From Trueperaceae bacterium (lineage in GTDB: Bacteria > Deinococcota > Deinococci > Deinococcales > Trueperaceae), in NCBI GenBank assembly GCA_965214405.1, contig OZ243956.1, forward strand, positions 960,001 to 1,024,000: a DNA stretch of 64,000 bases, read 5' to 3'. The position numbers were made by a program, and so were the translations under genes. Within the stretch, counting starts at the first letter, position 1. Every line of letters begins with the position of its first letter. This document shows, piece after piece, positions 54,314 through 64,000 of the stretch. The notes under the pieces were generated by a model that saw only the letters and a program-made list of their open reading frames with translations, made no database searches and had not been told where the DNA came from.

Positions 54314-54675
54314 TTGAGCACTCCCTTCATCCAGGCGTAGGCAAGACCTTCTAAAAGCAAGAGCAAAAAGAGCCCCACCGCCACCACGCCGTACATGCCC
54401 AAGGCGTCAAAGGCGACCGCCCAGGGGAAAAAGAAGGCCACCTCCACGTCGAAAATCACAAACATGATGGCGAAAAGGTAGTAAGACACGCTGAACTGCA
54501 CGTCGGTCCCGCCGAAGGGGATCTCGCCGCACTCGTAGACGGCCAGCTTGGTCTCGCTCATGTTGTGAGGTGCCAAGAGCCGCGCAACGCCCAACGTCGC
54601 CAGCACGATAGCCGCGCCTACCACGACGAACAGCCCCACATAGAGCGCGCCCGTTAGCTCGAGCCCGTAATTCAC
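54301..54675 (-). CDS. nuoA: NADH-quinone oxidoreductase subunit A
   Basis: YECG, FDVE...PWA and [10 protein letters not shown]. Confidence 0.95.
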   Translation of the reverse strand: MNYGLELTGALYVGLFVVVGAAIVLATLGVARLLAPHNMSETKLAVYECGEIPFGGTDVQFSVSYYLFAIMFVIFDVEVAFFFPWAVAFDALGMYGVVAVGLFLLLLLEGLAYAWMKGVLKWVY

Positions 54676-54929
54676 ACTTTCCCCCTTAATTTCCTCTGCG
54701 TCAGGTTTACTTCCACGTCGCGCCTCTCTTTCATGCGCCTTACCAAAAGGTTTGTAGAGCCATCTTACCGCCTCGAGCCGCCCTTACTCACGGATACGCC
54801 GAAGAAACCAAAGAACAAAAACAGTAGCACGTGAAAAAATCCACATCGGGGCGTGAGCATGGCAAAAATGAGCGCGGGTCTCCCTCTTCTCAGCAAGGTG
54901 TGCAAGTGCTGTGTTACACTCCCTCCAAG

Positions 54930-56729
54930 GTGAGAAAGAGAATTTTTATACTTCTATTCATGCTCGGTTTCGTTTCTGCGGCGTTTTCCGTGGCGTTTGC
55001 CAGTGCGCCGGAGTGCATCAACCATATCGCGGTCAACGGCGAACTCCTCGAGGGTGACGGCTTTTTGGGTCAGTCGGCCTGCTACTTTACCGCTTACGGG
55101 AACTCGCGCGACGCGTTCACCAAAGCCTCGGTGCTCGCCAAGGCGATGGAGCTTGAGCTCACGTGGGAAGCGGAGAGTAAAACACTTGTATTTGAGAGCA
55201 GTGACACCACCGTCCGTCTCAAAACCACCGATGACGCGTTAGTGGGGCTCGAGCGCCACGACGACGCGCTGACGGTAAACGGCGCGCCCTTTCGCGCGGT
55301 GCCGGAGGGGATTTTGGTGGAGGGCTCGAGCTGGGTGCCGGTCGGCTCGATTGCGGACGCGTTCGGCGCGGACACGAGCACGAAGCGCGACTTGGGTCTC
55401 ATCCTCATCGAGACCGCGCCGCAGCCTGCGGCCTCCCCTGTTACGGCGCAGGTCACAACGGCGAGAGAAATGGGCGCGGACACAAGTCAAAACTCGAGCC
55501 AAGACGTGAGCCAAACGGACGCGTCTCCCGCAGCCCCTACAACAGCCCCTACAACAGCTCCTGCGGATAGCACCGGGGAAGCCGCGGGAGGATTTACGGG
55601 ATTTACGGTGGCGGCTCCCGACGTGGGCGTTTACGACGGCTACACCCGCGTCGCGCTCTCTCTGCCGCCGGACGCCGCCTACCGCGTGGCGGTTTTTGAC
55701 GCGACGATGGTGATTACGTTGCCCGGCGGGCGGGCGGACGCGGGCGCTCTGTCCGGCGAGAGCGCGCAGGTCAAGAGCCTACGCTACAGCAGCGTAGACG
55801 GAACGCTGGCGCTCGTTATCGGCACGACTTACCCCCTCGGCGCGGACGGACACGGCTACCAGGTGGGTTATTTAGCCGCCGACGAGACCAGGTCACAGGC
55901 GCGGCTTTATATCGACTTCGGCCCCGACTTGCAGGGCCAGAGCGTGACGGGACTCCGCCAGGCTCCCGCCGAAAACGTCGTGGCTGGGAAGGTGGCCGAG
56001 AAAGTGGCCGAGAAACCTGCCGCCAAACCCAAGGTGGTGGTGCTCGACCCGGGGCACGGCGGCAAATGGGCGGGCGCGCGCAACGCTGCCGACACCGTTC
56101 AAGAAGAGGTTGTGGTGCTGGCCATCGCCTATAAGGTCAAGGGGCTGCTCGAGCGTAGCGGCGTCGAGGTCGTGATGACCCGCACCGCCAACGTTCAGCT
56201 TAGCAACAACTATGACGGCGACCTCGTCGCCCGCGCGGGCCTCGCCACCACCGCCCGCAACGTGTTCGTATCCATCCACGCCAACGCGGGACCCCCAAGC
56301 GCCCACGGCATTGAGACGTTTGTCTACGGGCAACCCCTGGACGAAGCCACGCTTCAGGCCGCCATTCGTGAAAACGGGGGCGGCGCGGTAGGGCGCGCCG
56401 TCACGCAAGACGTGCTTGCCACCGTCAGCACCATGCAAGGCGACTTGGTCGCGCAAGAAACGCTCAAGTTTTCTCGCGCGCTGGCCGAGTCGGTGCAGTT
56501 TCACTTAGTAAGCGAAACAGGAGCCAGGGACAGAGGCGTCAAGCAGGCTCCCTACCGCGTCCTTACCCAGGCGCGCATTCCGGCTATTTTGATAGAAACG
56601 GGTTTTGTCAGCAACCACGAAGAAGGCTCCAACCTTACTTCCGAGGCGTACCAAAACAGGCTCGCCGAGGGCATCGCGGCGGGTATTCTGGGGTTTTTCG
56701 ACACCAACGGCTCCGTCGCCGCCCGGTAG
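54930..56729 (+). CDS. Secreted N-acetylmuramoyl-L-alanine amidase (Amidase_3) with N-terminal accessory domains
   Basis: Signal peptide, VVLDPGHGG, FVSIHAN and PAILIETGFVSN. Start is uncertain. Confidence 0.9.
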   Translation: MRKRIFILLFMLGFVSAAFSVAFASAPECINHIAVNGELLEGDGFLGQSACYFTAYGNSRDAFTKASVLAKAMELELTWEAESKTLVFESSDTTVRLKTTDDALVGLERHDDALTVNGAPFRAVPEGILVEGSSWVPVGSIADAFGADTSTKRDLGLILIETAPQPAASPVTAQVTTAREMGADTSQNSSQDVSQTDASPAAPTTAPTTAPADSTGEAAGGFTGFTVAAPDVGVYDGYTRVALSLPPDAAYRVAVFDATMVITLPGGRADAGALSGESAQVKSLRYSSVDGTLALVIGTTYPLGADGHGYQVGYLAADETRSQARLYIDFGPDLQGQSVTGLRQAPAENVVAGKVAEKVAEKPAAKPKVVVLDPGHGGKWAGARNAADTVQEEVVVLAIAYKVKGLLERSGVEVVMTRTANVQLSNNYDGDLVARAGLATTARNVFVSIHANAGPPSAHGIETFVYGQPLDEATLQAAIRENGGGAVGRAVTQDVLATVSTMQGDLVAQETLKFSRALAESVQFHLVSETGARDRGVKQAPYRVLTQARIPAILIETGFVSNHEEGSNLTSEAYQNRLAEGIAAGILGFFDTNGSVAAR

Positions 56730-56795
56730 TGAGGCGAGTGGGAAGCGGATAGTGGCTAGTGAAGCGTAAAGCCGGACGCTGCTTCTTAGAAACTA

Positions 56796-57715
56796 GGGTC
56801 TGTCTGACTAATCAAAGCCAGAGGATGATGGAGGCGAGGAGCACACCAGCACGGTAGTTTCTGCCGCGTTTGTCGTAGCGGGTGGCAACGGCGCGAAAGT
56901 CTTTAAGTCGGTTGATGCAGCGTTCGACCACGTTACGTCCTTTGTAGGCTTGCTTATCGAAAGCAGGAGGTCGTCCACCTTTTGTGCCCTTAGACAAGCG
57001 AGACTTCTTGGCATCTTCGCGCTCGGGGCTGATACAGATGATGCCCCTGCGCCTTAGTATCTTCCGCTGCTTGTTGAAACCATAAGCGCGGTCGAGTCTA
57101 AGCTGAGGGGGGCGCTTACGCGGTCGCCCTCTGCCAAGGCGGGGCACATAAATCTCGTCCAAGACCGGCTCTAGCCAAGCGGCGTCGTTGCGCTGTCCCG
57201 CCGTGATGACCACGGACAGGGGTCGCACTTTGCCGTCCGCGCAGGTATGCACCTTGCTGGTGTGGCCTCCGCGTGAGTGTCCCAGCCACTCGTCTGCTAA
57301 GGTCCCCTTTTTTCACCCTCAGCAGGCCGCTTCCTCGCCCCGCTGGCGCTGCGGTGCGCTTTAATATGAGAGCTGTCTAACGCTGCGCCGTCCCAATCAA
57401 TCTCACCCGCCGCATCGGCGTGAGCTTGAAGCCTGTGCAGGATGCGCTTCCAGACACCGTTGCGCTCCCACCTCGTGAAGCGGTCCCAGCAGGTCTGCCA
57501 AGGTCCGTAGCGTTCAGGAACGTCGCGCCAGGGAGCGCCTGTTTTCAAGCGCCACGAAATGCCGTTGATGACCTGTCGGTGGTTGCGGTAGTTGTGACCC
57601 CGTTGGGGATTGGGGGGTAGATGCGGTTTTAGTGCTTGCCACTGCTGCTCTTTTAGGTCTGTTCGTGCCATACGCCTACCCTAAACCATCTTCATCCCTT
57701 CTGTCAGACAGACCC
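56796..57715 (-). mobile_element. IS5-family insertion sequence (IS427-like), 920 bp
   Basis: Perfect 13-bp TIR GGGTCTGTCTGAC at 56796-56808 and 57703-57715, with a TA duplication in a CTAG context. Confidence 0.92.
56812..57671 (-). CDS. tnp: IS5-family transposase, two ORFs joined by a -1 frameshift
   Basis: ORF A ([16 protein letters not shown]) overlaps ORF B ([24 protein letters not shown]) at A AAA AAG, about 57304-57314. Confidence 0.88.
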
Positions 57716-57747
57716 TAGCAAATTTAACAATGTTTTAGAAAGGCCCA

Positions 57748-58203
57748 ATGGCAGAGAAACCCGCAGCAGCGTCACCACAGCTTGAAAAGAAACCCGTCAG
57801 GGGTGCGGGAGGCGTGGTGTTTAACGCTCGAGGCGACGTTCTCCTGCTCCATCACATAGGCGGCGACTGGGTGTTCCCAAAAGGCCACATCGACGCGGGT
57901 GAGGGCGTGTTGGGGGCCGCCCTACGCGAAGTCGAGGAGGAGGCGGGCGTCCGCGCGACCTGCCCCGACGAGACCGCGACCCGGACCACGCGCTACACCA
58001 ACCCGCGTGGGCAGGCGCGCCTCATCACCTGGTTTCTGCTCCTGACCAAGGCCACGGAACCCGTGTTGCGCGAACGGCTATTCCCCGAGGGCGGCTTTTT
58101 TGCTCCCGACGAAGCCCTGCGCCGCCTCTCTTTTGAGGAGGACCGGGCGCTTTTAAGGGAGATGCTGGACCAGCATCTCTCCAAGTGGCGCGAACGGGCG
58201 TGA
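57748..58203 (+). CDS. NUDIX hydrolase
   Basis: GAGGVV and WVFPKGHIDAGE...ALREVEEEAG. Confidence 0.9.
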   Translation: MAEKPAAASPQLEKKPVRGAGGVVFNARGDVLLLHHIGGDWVFPKGHIDAGEGVLGAALREVEEEAGVRATCPDETATRTTRYTNPRGQARLITWFLLLTKATEPVLRERLFPEGGFFAPDEALRRLSFEEDRALLREMLDQHLSKWRERA

Positions 58204-58313
58204 GGAGTCTATACAGGCAAACCGCACCCCCGCAAAATCCGGTCTAAACTTCTCACGTCTTAAACCCGGTATACTCGAAGCGTCTGAAACGGCCCTAAGG
58301 CCGGGGGAGTGGT

Positions 58314-59693
58314 GTGCCAGAACGTCCTATAACAACCTACACAGAACCTTACACCGACGAAATTTCACTGCGCGACCTTTATCTTATTCTCAAACGGGGC
58401 CTGCCCTTTATTATCGGCTTGGCGCTCGTGGCGGGGCTCGCGGCGTTTGTTATTTCAAGCCTCTTGCCCAAAGTTTACGAAGCGCAGAGCACCACCTTGG
58501 TCACGCCGCCGCCCGTGCGGGTTAGCGAGTCGGGGACGCTCTCGTTCGAGCCCGACGTCAACATTTCGTTCGAATCCTACGAAACCCTGGCGCTGAGCCA
58601 GCCGGTGCTCGAGGCGGCGGTCGAGGCGGTCCCCGAGGCGGGGCTCACGGCGAGCGGGTTGCGCGGGGCGGGGGGCGTAGACCGGCTTCTGGGACCACAG
58701 CCCAATCCGGCCTCGCCCCTCTCGGTCACGCACGCGGTCAGGAGCACGGACCCCGGCTTTGCTGCGGCGCTCGCCAACGCGTGGGCAGAGCGTACCTTGG
58801 ACACGGTGCGGACCTCGCTTTTAGCCACGCTGGACCCGGCGGAAAACGCCACGAACGCCGAACTCGCTAATTTGCGCGCGCGTTTGGAAGAGGCGGAGGG
58901 GGCGCTCGAGACGTTTGACGCGAGCGACACCAGCCTCGTCTTGACTCAGGACGTCACGCGCCTCACCGAAGCGATTTCCGATGCGGAGGGGGAGCTCGTG
59001 CCGCTGCCCGGTGTGAGCGACTTGCCGACGACCGACTTGGTCAACGCGCCGAAACTCAATCTAGCGCAAGAAATCGCCGCCAACGAGGCGCTACTGGCGA
59101 GTTTGCGGGCGCAGAGCGGGGCTGGACAAGCTGGGACCGGGCAGGATTTGGGAGAGCAAATCGCGCTTCGTGAGGCGCTACTAGCGAGCTTGAGAAGCAG
59201 GCGCGCACTTCTGGCGCAACAAGTTGAAAGCTACCGCCGCGACTTTGGCGCGGCGCAGGCGGAACTTGCGGCCTTGGCGCGGGAACGCGCGACGCTCGAG
59301 CGCAACTTAAACAACGCCCGCACCGCCTACCAGAATGTCGCGGCGCTCCAACCGACCATCGCCTACGTCGCGCAACTCGCCCCGTCGGGCGCGCGTTTGC
59401 TAAGCGAGGCCGCGGTGCCCGCCGAACCCGTGGGGCCGCGGCGGGGGCTTAACACTGCGCTGGCGCTCGTGTTGGGCGGCGTGCTGGGGCTGCTTTTCGT
59501 TTTTCTGCGCGAGGCCGTGTCTGCTAAAGATACCGGCAGAGACGCGCCCAAAAACGCGCGCGAAGAGGGCGGGTCAGAAGGCTCGCCGGTACGCTCCCCC
59601 ACGGTGTATAGCGCGCCAGAAGGGCCGCACGCCCAAGAGGGCGCTCAAGCCAATGCTCAAACGGCGTCGCCATCCCAGCTAGAGGTTAAATAA
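58314..59693 (+). CDS. Wzz/GNVR-type polysaccharide chain-length protein
   Basis: DEISLRDL, N- and C-terminal TM segments, PKVYEA, coiled coil and P..PVGP before the last TM. Confidence 0.85.
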   Translation: MPERPITTYTEPYTDEISLRDLYLILKRGLPFIIGLALVAGLAAFVISSLLPKVYEAQSTTLVTPPPVRVSESGTLSFEPDVNISFESYETLALSQPVLEAAVEAVPEAGLTASGLRGAGGVDRLLGPQPNPASPLSVTHAVRSTDPGFAAALANAWAERTLDTVRTSLLATLDPAENATNAELANLRARLEEAEGALETFDASDTSLVLTQDVTRLTEAISDAEGELVPLPGVSDLPTTDLVNAPKLNLAQEIAANEALLASLRAQSGAGQAGTGQDLGEQIALREALLASLRSRRALLAQQVESYRRDFGAAQAELAALARERATLERNLNNARTAYQNVAALQPTIAYVAQLAPSGARLLSEAAVPAEPVGPRRGLNTALALVLGGVLGLLFVFLREAVSAKDTGRDAPKNAREEGGSEGSPVRSPTVYSAPEGPHAQEGAQANAQTASPSQLEVK

Positions 59694-60661
59694 TGTCTTA
59701 TTTCGACGACAAATCCGTCCTCGTTACGGGCGGCACCGGCTCGTTCGGCAAAACCTTCGTCCGCACGCTTCTTGATGAAACGCGCGCGCGCCGCATCATC
59801 GTCTACAGCCGCGACGAACTCAAGCAGTTCGAGATGCAAGGGATGTTTTCGGGAGAGAAACGGCTGCGCTTTTTTATTGGCGACGTGCGTGATAAGGCGA
59901 GGCTCGAGCGCGCCCTAGACGGCGTTCAGGTCGTCGTCCACGCCGCCGCCCTAAAACAGGTGCCCGCCGCCGAATACAACCCCTTCGAGGCGGTTAAAAC
60001 AAACGTTTACGGCGCGCAAAACATCATCGACGCGGCCATCGACCGCGGCGTCGAGCGCGTGCTGGCGCTGAGTACCGACAAGGCTTCCTCACCCATTAAC
60101 CTCTACGGCGCGACCAAGCTGGTGAGCGACAAGCTTTTTATCGCGGGCAACGCCTACGCGGGGGGCAAAAGGACGCGCTTTGCGGTCGTTCGCTACGGCA
60201 ACGTGGTCGGCAGCCGCGGCAGCGTCATCCCCTTTTTCAAACGGGTCGCGCCCACGGGCGTCGTGCCCATTACGGATACGCGCATGACCCGCTTCTGGAT
60301 TACCTTGGAGCAGGGGGTGCGGTTTGTCATGGACAGCGTCGAGCGGATGCAGGGCGGCGAGCTTTTTGTGCCTAAAATTCCGAGTATGCGCCTCACCGAC
60401 CTTGCTGAAGCGGTTGCGCCGGGGGCAAAGCTCGAGGTCGTCGGCATCCGCCCCGGCGAAAAGCTCCACGAGGAGATGATTAGCGAGAACGACGCGCGCC
60501 GCACCCTCGACATGGGAGGGTATTTTGTGATTCAGCCCGAGATGGACTGGTGGCCTAACACTTTGCAGGGCGAGGGGTTGCCGGAGGGCTTTTCGTACTC
60601 GAGCGACACCAACACCCAATGGCTGAGCGTGCCCAAACTCCGCGAGATGGTCCGTGACTGA
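59693..60661 (+). CDS. pseB: UDP-GlcNAc 4,6-dehydratase (inverting)
   Basis: TGGTGSFG, SRDELKQ, HAAALKQVP, YGATK and MTRFWITL. Confidence 0.93.
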   Translation: MSYFDDKSVLVTGGTGSFGKTFVRTLLDETRARRIIVYSRDELKQFEMQGMFSGEKRLRFFIGDVRDKARLERALDGVQVVVHAAALKQVPAAEYNPFEAVKTNVYGAQNIIDAAIDRGVERVLALSTDKASSPINLYGATKLVSDKLFIAGNAYAGGKRTRFAVVRYGNVVGSRGSVIPFFKRVAPTGVVPITDTRMTRFWITLEQGVRFVMDSVERMQGGELFVPKIPSMRLTDLAEAVAPGAKLEVVGIRPGEKLHEEMISENDARRTLDMGGYFVIQPEMDWWPNTLQGEGLPEGFSYSSDTNTQWLSVPKLREMVRD

Positions 60662-61832
60662 CCGCGTGACTGACCGAGTAACCGAGCCCCTTCTCCCCTA
60701 CGGACGTCAGTGGGTGGACGAGGCGGATATTCGGGCCGTCGTGGAGGTCCTAAAGAGCGACTACCTCACCACCGGACCCGCCGTCGCGCGTTTTGAAGAA
60801 GCGCTTACCCAAGCCACCGGGGCGGCCTACGCCAGCGCGGTCAATTCGGGCACGTCGGCGCTTCACACGGCCTATTTTGCCGCGGGCTTAGGCGCGGGCG
60901 ACGAGATCATCACCTCGCCCCTAACCTTCGCCGCCACCGCCAACGCCGCGCTTTACTTGGGGGCGTCGGTCAGGTTTGTGGACGTGCAAAAGGACACGGG
61001 CAATTTGGACCCGGCGGGGCTCGAGGCCGCCCTCACCGAGCGGACCAAGCTGGTCGTCCCCATCGACTTCGCAGGTCATCCTGCCGACTACAACGAGATA
61101 AACGCGTTTGCAAAGGAGCATAATCTTACTGTCGTGGCCGACGCGGCGCACTCGCTGGGCGCGACCTACCGGGGCCACAAGGTGGGTACGCTGGCCGCGG
61201 CCACCGAGCTAAGTTTCCACCCGGTCAAGCCCGTCACCACCGCCGAGGGCGGCGCGGTGTTGACCAACAACCCGGAGATGGACAAACGCGCCAAACTCTT
61301 CCGCACGCACGGCATCACCAAAGACCCCAGTGAAATGGAAGCCGACGCGGAAACCGAGGGGGGGTGGTTTCACGAGATGCAGCATTTAGGCTTTAACTAC
61401 CGTTTAACAGATATACAGTGCGCGCTGGGCCTGAGTCAGATGAGCAAGCTCGAGCCCTTCATCACCCGCCGCCGACAAATTGCCGCTATGTACGACGCCG
61501 CACTCGCCGACTTTGACGACATCATCCTCCCCGGTCGCCGGGATTACGTCGAGCCCGGCTGGCACCTCTACGTCGTGCGCGTGGCGGAAGAGGCGCGTCG
61601 TAAAGCGTTTTTTGAACGCCTCCGCGCGCTGGGGCTGGGGGTTCAGGTTCACTACATCCCCGTCCACTACCACCCCTATTATCAGGCGCTGGGTTACCAA
61701 AAAGGCACCCTCCCCGTCGCTGAGGACTACTACGCCAGGGCCGTGTCCCTCCCGCTCTACCCGCAGATGAGCGGTGACGACGTGGGCTCGAGCATCGACC
61801 GCGTCCGGCAGGCTGTTAAAGACGTGTTGTAA
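60654..61832 (+). CDS. pseC: PseC aminotransferase (DegT family)
   Basis: PYGRQ, SFHPVK, HGITK, LGFNYRLTDIQCALG and QVHYIP. Confidence 0.92.
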   Translation: MTDRVTDRVTEPLLPYGRQWVDEADIRAVVEVLKSDYLTTGPAVARFEEALTQATGAAYASAVNSGTSALHTAYFAAGLGAGDEIITSPLTFAATANAALYLGASVRFVDVQKDTGNLDPAGLEAALTERTKLVVPIDFAGHPADYNEINAFAKEHNLTVVADAAHSLGATYRGHKVGTLAAATELSFHPVKPVTTAEGGAVLTNNPEMDKRAKLFRTHGITKDPSEMEADAETEGGWFHEMQHLGFNYRLTDIQCALGLSQMSKLEPFITRRRQIAAMYDAALADFDDIILPGRRDYVEPGWHLYVVRVAEEARRKAFFERLRALGLGVQVHYIPVHYHPYYQALGYQKGTLPVAEDYYARAVSLPLYPQMSGDDVGSSIDRVRQAVKDVL

Positions 61833-61848
61833 AGATGGAAGTCTCCCC

Positions 61849-62586
61849 ATGAAAATCGTCGCCATCGTCCAGGCCCGCACGGGCTCCACGCGGCTGCCGG
61901 GCAAGGTGATGAAACCGCTTTTGGGCCTCCCCATGCTGGCGCGGCTCTTAGAGCGCCTCGCACGTTGCCAAAAGCTTGACGACATTGTGGTGGCGACGAC
62001 GGACGACGGGAGCGAGCAGCCCATTGTGGAGCTTGTGGATTCCTTGAATGTTCACGTTTTCCGCGGTTCGGAGGACGACGTGCTTACACGCTACTACGGC
62101 GCAACGCAACGCTACGGCGCGGACGTGGTGGTGCGGATTACTTCGGACTGCCCCCTCATCGCCCCGGAAGTCGTGGACACATGCGTGGAGGCTTTTTCGG
62201 CAAGCGGGGGCGACGTTGACTATGCCTCCAACGTCTTTACGCGCACCTACCCCCGCGGCTTGGATACGGAAGTGTTTAGCATGAGGGCGCTCGAGACTGC
62301 TTTCAAAGAAGCCACCACCCCGTCCGAGCGCGAGCACGTCACACCTTTTATCTGGCGGCAGCCTCAGCGTTTCCGTCTGCTCGACGTGGTGGACACCGAA
62401 GACCATAGCGACCTGCGCTGGACCGTGGATACGCCCGAAGACTTTGAACTCGTCTCCAGGATTTACGGCGCGCTTTACCCCACCAACCCGGCCTTTTCCT
62501 ACCGCGACGTGCTGAGGCTTTTGGACGAGCATCCCGGATGGTCGGGCCTCAACCGCCACGTCGAACAAAAAAAGGTCGGCTCGTGA
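61849..62586 (+). CDS. SpsF-type cytidylyltransferase (PseF-like role inferred)
   Basis: IVQARTGSTRLPGKV, RGSEDDVL, RITSDCP, REHVT and RWTVDTPED. Confidence 0.85.
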   Translation: MKIVAIVQARTGSTRLPGKVMKPLLGLPMLARLLERLARCQKLDDIVVATTDDGSEQPIVELVDSLNVHVFRGSEDDVLTRYYGATQRYGADVVVRITSDCPLIAPEVVDTCVEAFSASGGDVDYASNVFTRTYPRGLDTEVFSMRALETAFKEATTPSEREHVTPFIWRQPQRFRLLDVVDTEDHSDLRWTVDTPEDFELVSRIYGALYPTNPAFSYRDVLRLLDEHPGWSGLNRHVEQKKVGS

Positions 62587-64000
62587 GGGTTGTTTTTCGT
62601 GCGGACGCCTCTGTCACCATCGGCACGGGCCACGTGATGCGCTGCCTCACGCTGGCTGAGGCGCTGCGGAAGGCCGGGGCGGAGTCGGCGTTCGTCTGCC
62701 GGGAGCTTGACGGGAACCTTGTTGAGCTCATGAAGACTCGAGGCTTTGACGTTCACGTGTTGCCGCCGCTCGAGCCCCCCACCGACCCCCTCGCCTGGAC
62801 GGCGGCGCACCCGCACGAGGACGCCGCGCAGACGGCAAGTTTTCTTGAATCGCGCGCCGATTGGCTTGTGGTGGACCATTTTGCGCTCGAGCACCGTTGG
62901 GAAAAGGAGATGCGGGAGCACGCGGACCGCCTTATGGTCATCGACGATTTAGCCGACCGCGCACACGACTGCGACCTGCTCTTAGACCAGAATTATTTAC
63001 GCGAGCCCACGCGCTACGACACGCTTGTGCCCGACCACTGCCGAAAACTGCTCGGCCCAGCCTATGCGCTCCTGCGAGATGAATTTGGGAGGGCGCGCGA
63101 CGCGTGGCCTCGAGAAGTGGGCGAAGTGAAGCGCATCTTCGTCTTTTTCGGCGGCACGGATCCGACCAACGAAACGTCGAAGGCGCTCCGCGCCCTTCAA
63201 AGGTGGGGAGAGGGAAAAACGCTCACCATAGACGTGGTGATAGGCGGAGGCAACCCGCACCGGGCCGAGGTGGAAAGGCTGGTCAACGCCATGCCCGACG
63301 CTCTTTTACACGTTCAGGCAAGCAACATGGCCGACCTCATGGCCCGCGCGGACCTCTCCGTCGGGGCCGGAGGGTCTACAACTTGGGAACGCTTCTGCCT
63401 CGGTCTGCCGAGCCTTGTCGTGACCACGGCGGCCAACCAGGAAACCATCGCCAAGGCGCTCGCCGAGGATGACTATCACCTCCTCCTTGGCGACCACGCG
63501 TCCGTGGATGAGGACGCGGTGGCGTCGGGCTTGGGGCACTTCACCCCGGCCCGACGCCGCCTTTTCGCCCGCCGCGGCGAGGCGTTGGTGGACGGTCACG
63601 GCGCGGCGCGCGTCGTCCGGGAGCTTTATGGATTGGAAAAAGGCACGCTCGAGGTCCGCAAAGCCCGCCCCGACGACTGCGAACGCCTTTACGCGTGGCG
63701 CAACCACGAAACCGTGAGACGCCACGCCCTCGACCCCGCGCCCCTGGCGCTCGAGACGCACCAAGACTGGTTCGCGCGGGCGCTTACGAACCCCGACCGG
63801 CACCTCCTCGTCGGCGAACTCGTGAGTGAACGTGGGGAGTTGCCCGTGGGCGTGGTCCGTTACGACGTCGACCGTGCTAAGCGTGAGGCCGAGGTGTCCA
63901 TCTACCTTGCGCCGGAAGAGATGGGCGGAGGTCTGGGGGGGAGGCTGCTCGAGCGCGGCGAAACCTGGTTACGCGAGAGAGAACCTGATGTGGTATCCAT
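62583..64000 (+). CDS. pseG: PseG hydrolase fused to a PseH-like GNAT acetyltransferase, 3'-truncated by the window edge
   Basis: Manual translation: FRADAS..IGTGHVMRCLTLA, VVDH, FGGTD, GAGGSTTWER, then in the same frame LYAWRN...HQDWF...GVVRYD...EVSIYL. Confidence 0.88.
   Translation, partial: MRVVFRADASVTIGTGHVMRCLTLAEALRKAGAESAFVCRELDGNLVELMKTRGFDVHVLPPLEPPTDPLAWTAAHPHEDAAQTASFLESRADWLVVDHFALEHRWEKEMREHADRLMVIDDLADRAHDCDLLLDQNYLREPTRYDTLVPDHCRKLLGPAYALLRDEFGRARDAWPREVGEVKRIFVFFGGTDPTNETSKALRALQRWGEGKTLTIDVVIGGGNPHRAEVERLVNAMPDALLHVQASNMADLMARADLSVGAGGSTTWERFCLGLPSLVVTTAANQETIAKALAEDDYHLLLGDHASVDEDAVASGLGHFTPARRRLFARRGEALVDGHGAARVVRELYGLEKGTLEVRKARPDDCERLYAWRNHETVRRHALDPAPLALETHQDWFARALTNPDRHLLVGELVSERGELPVGVVRYDVDRAKREAEVSIYLAPEEMGGGLGGRLLERGETWLREREPDVVS

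Noticed and set aside
1..64000. CRISPR array, tRNA, rRNA or prophage
   Set aside because: I saw no repeat-spacer periodicity, cloverleaf, rRNA signature or phage structural gene by eye.

Overview
GC-rich bacterial chromosome segment, probably Deinococcota (Truepera-like). This is inferred from the L34 sequence, the KhpB architecture and many leaderless TANNNT-N6-8-ATG starts. It contains a SHOCT protein with a BaeRS-like two-component pair, a partial phenylacetate cluster (paaK, thioesterase, paaZ), hemW, a large NAD-glutamate dehydrogenase, lspA, prmC, a queuosine-salvage gene, two bacterial aeRF1 homologues, rpmH-rnpA-yidD-yidC-khpB without dnaA, gatA, ftsX with an EnvC-like gene, a cyclase-ATPase, two TetR-controlled membrane-protein operons, an amidase, an intact IS5-family element and the start of a wzz-pseBCFG(H) glycan locus. 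Four things stand out. (1) An 11-subunit complex I-like nuo operon lacks nuoEFG, its NuoC carries four helix-hairpin-helix-like modules, and toxin-antitoxin remnants interrupt it. (2) A c-di-GMP-II riboswitch precedes two small unknown genes. (3) The palindrome CTCGAG is strongly over-represented, like cyanobacterial HIP1. (4) A possible variant glycine-riboswitch-like RNA lies upstream of a Ser/Thr dehydratase. All family assignments come from motif recognition by eye; no database searches were run. Start sites were adjusted manually where RBS or promoter evidence supported it.
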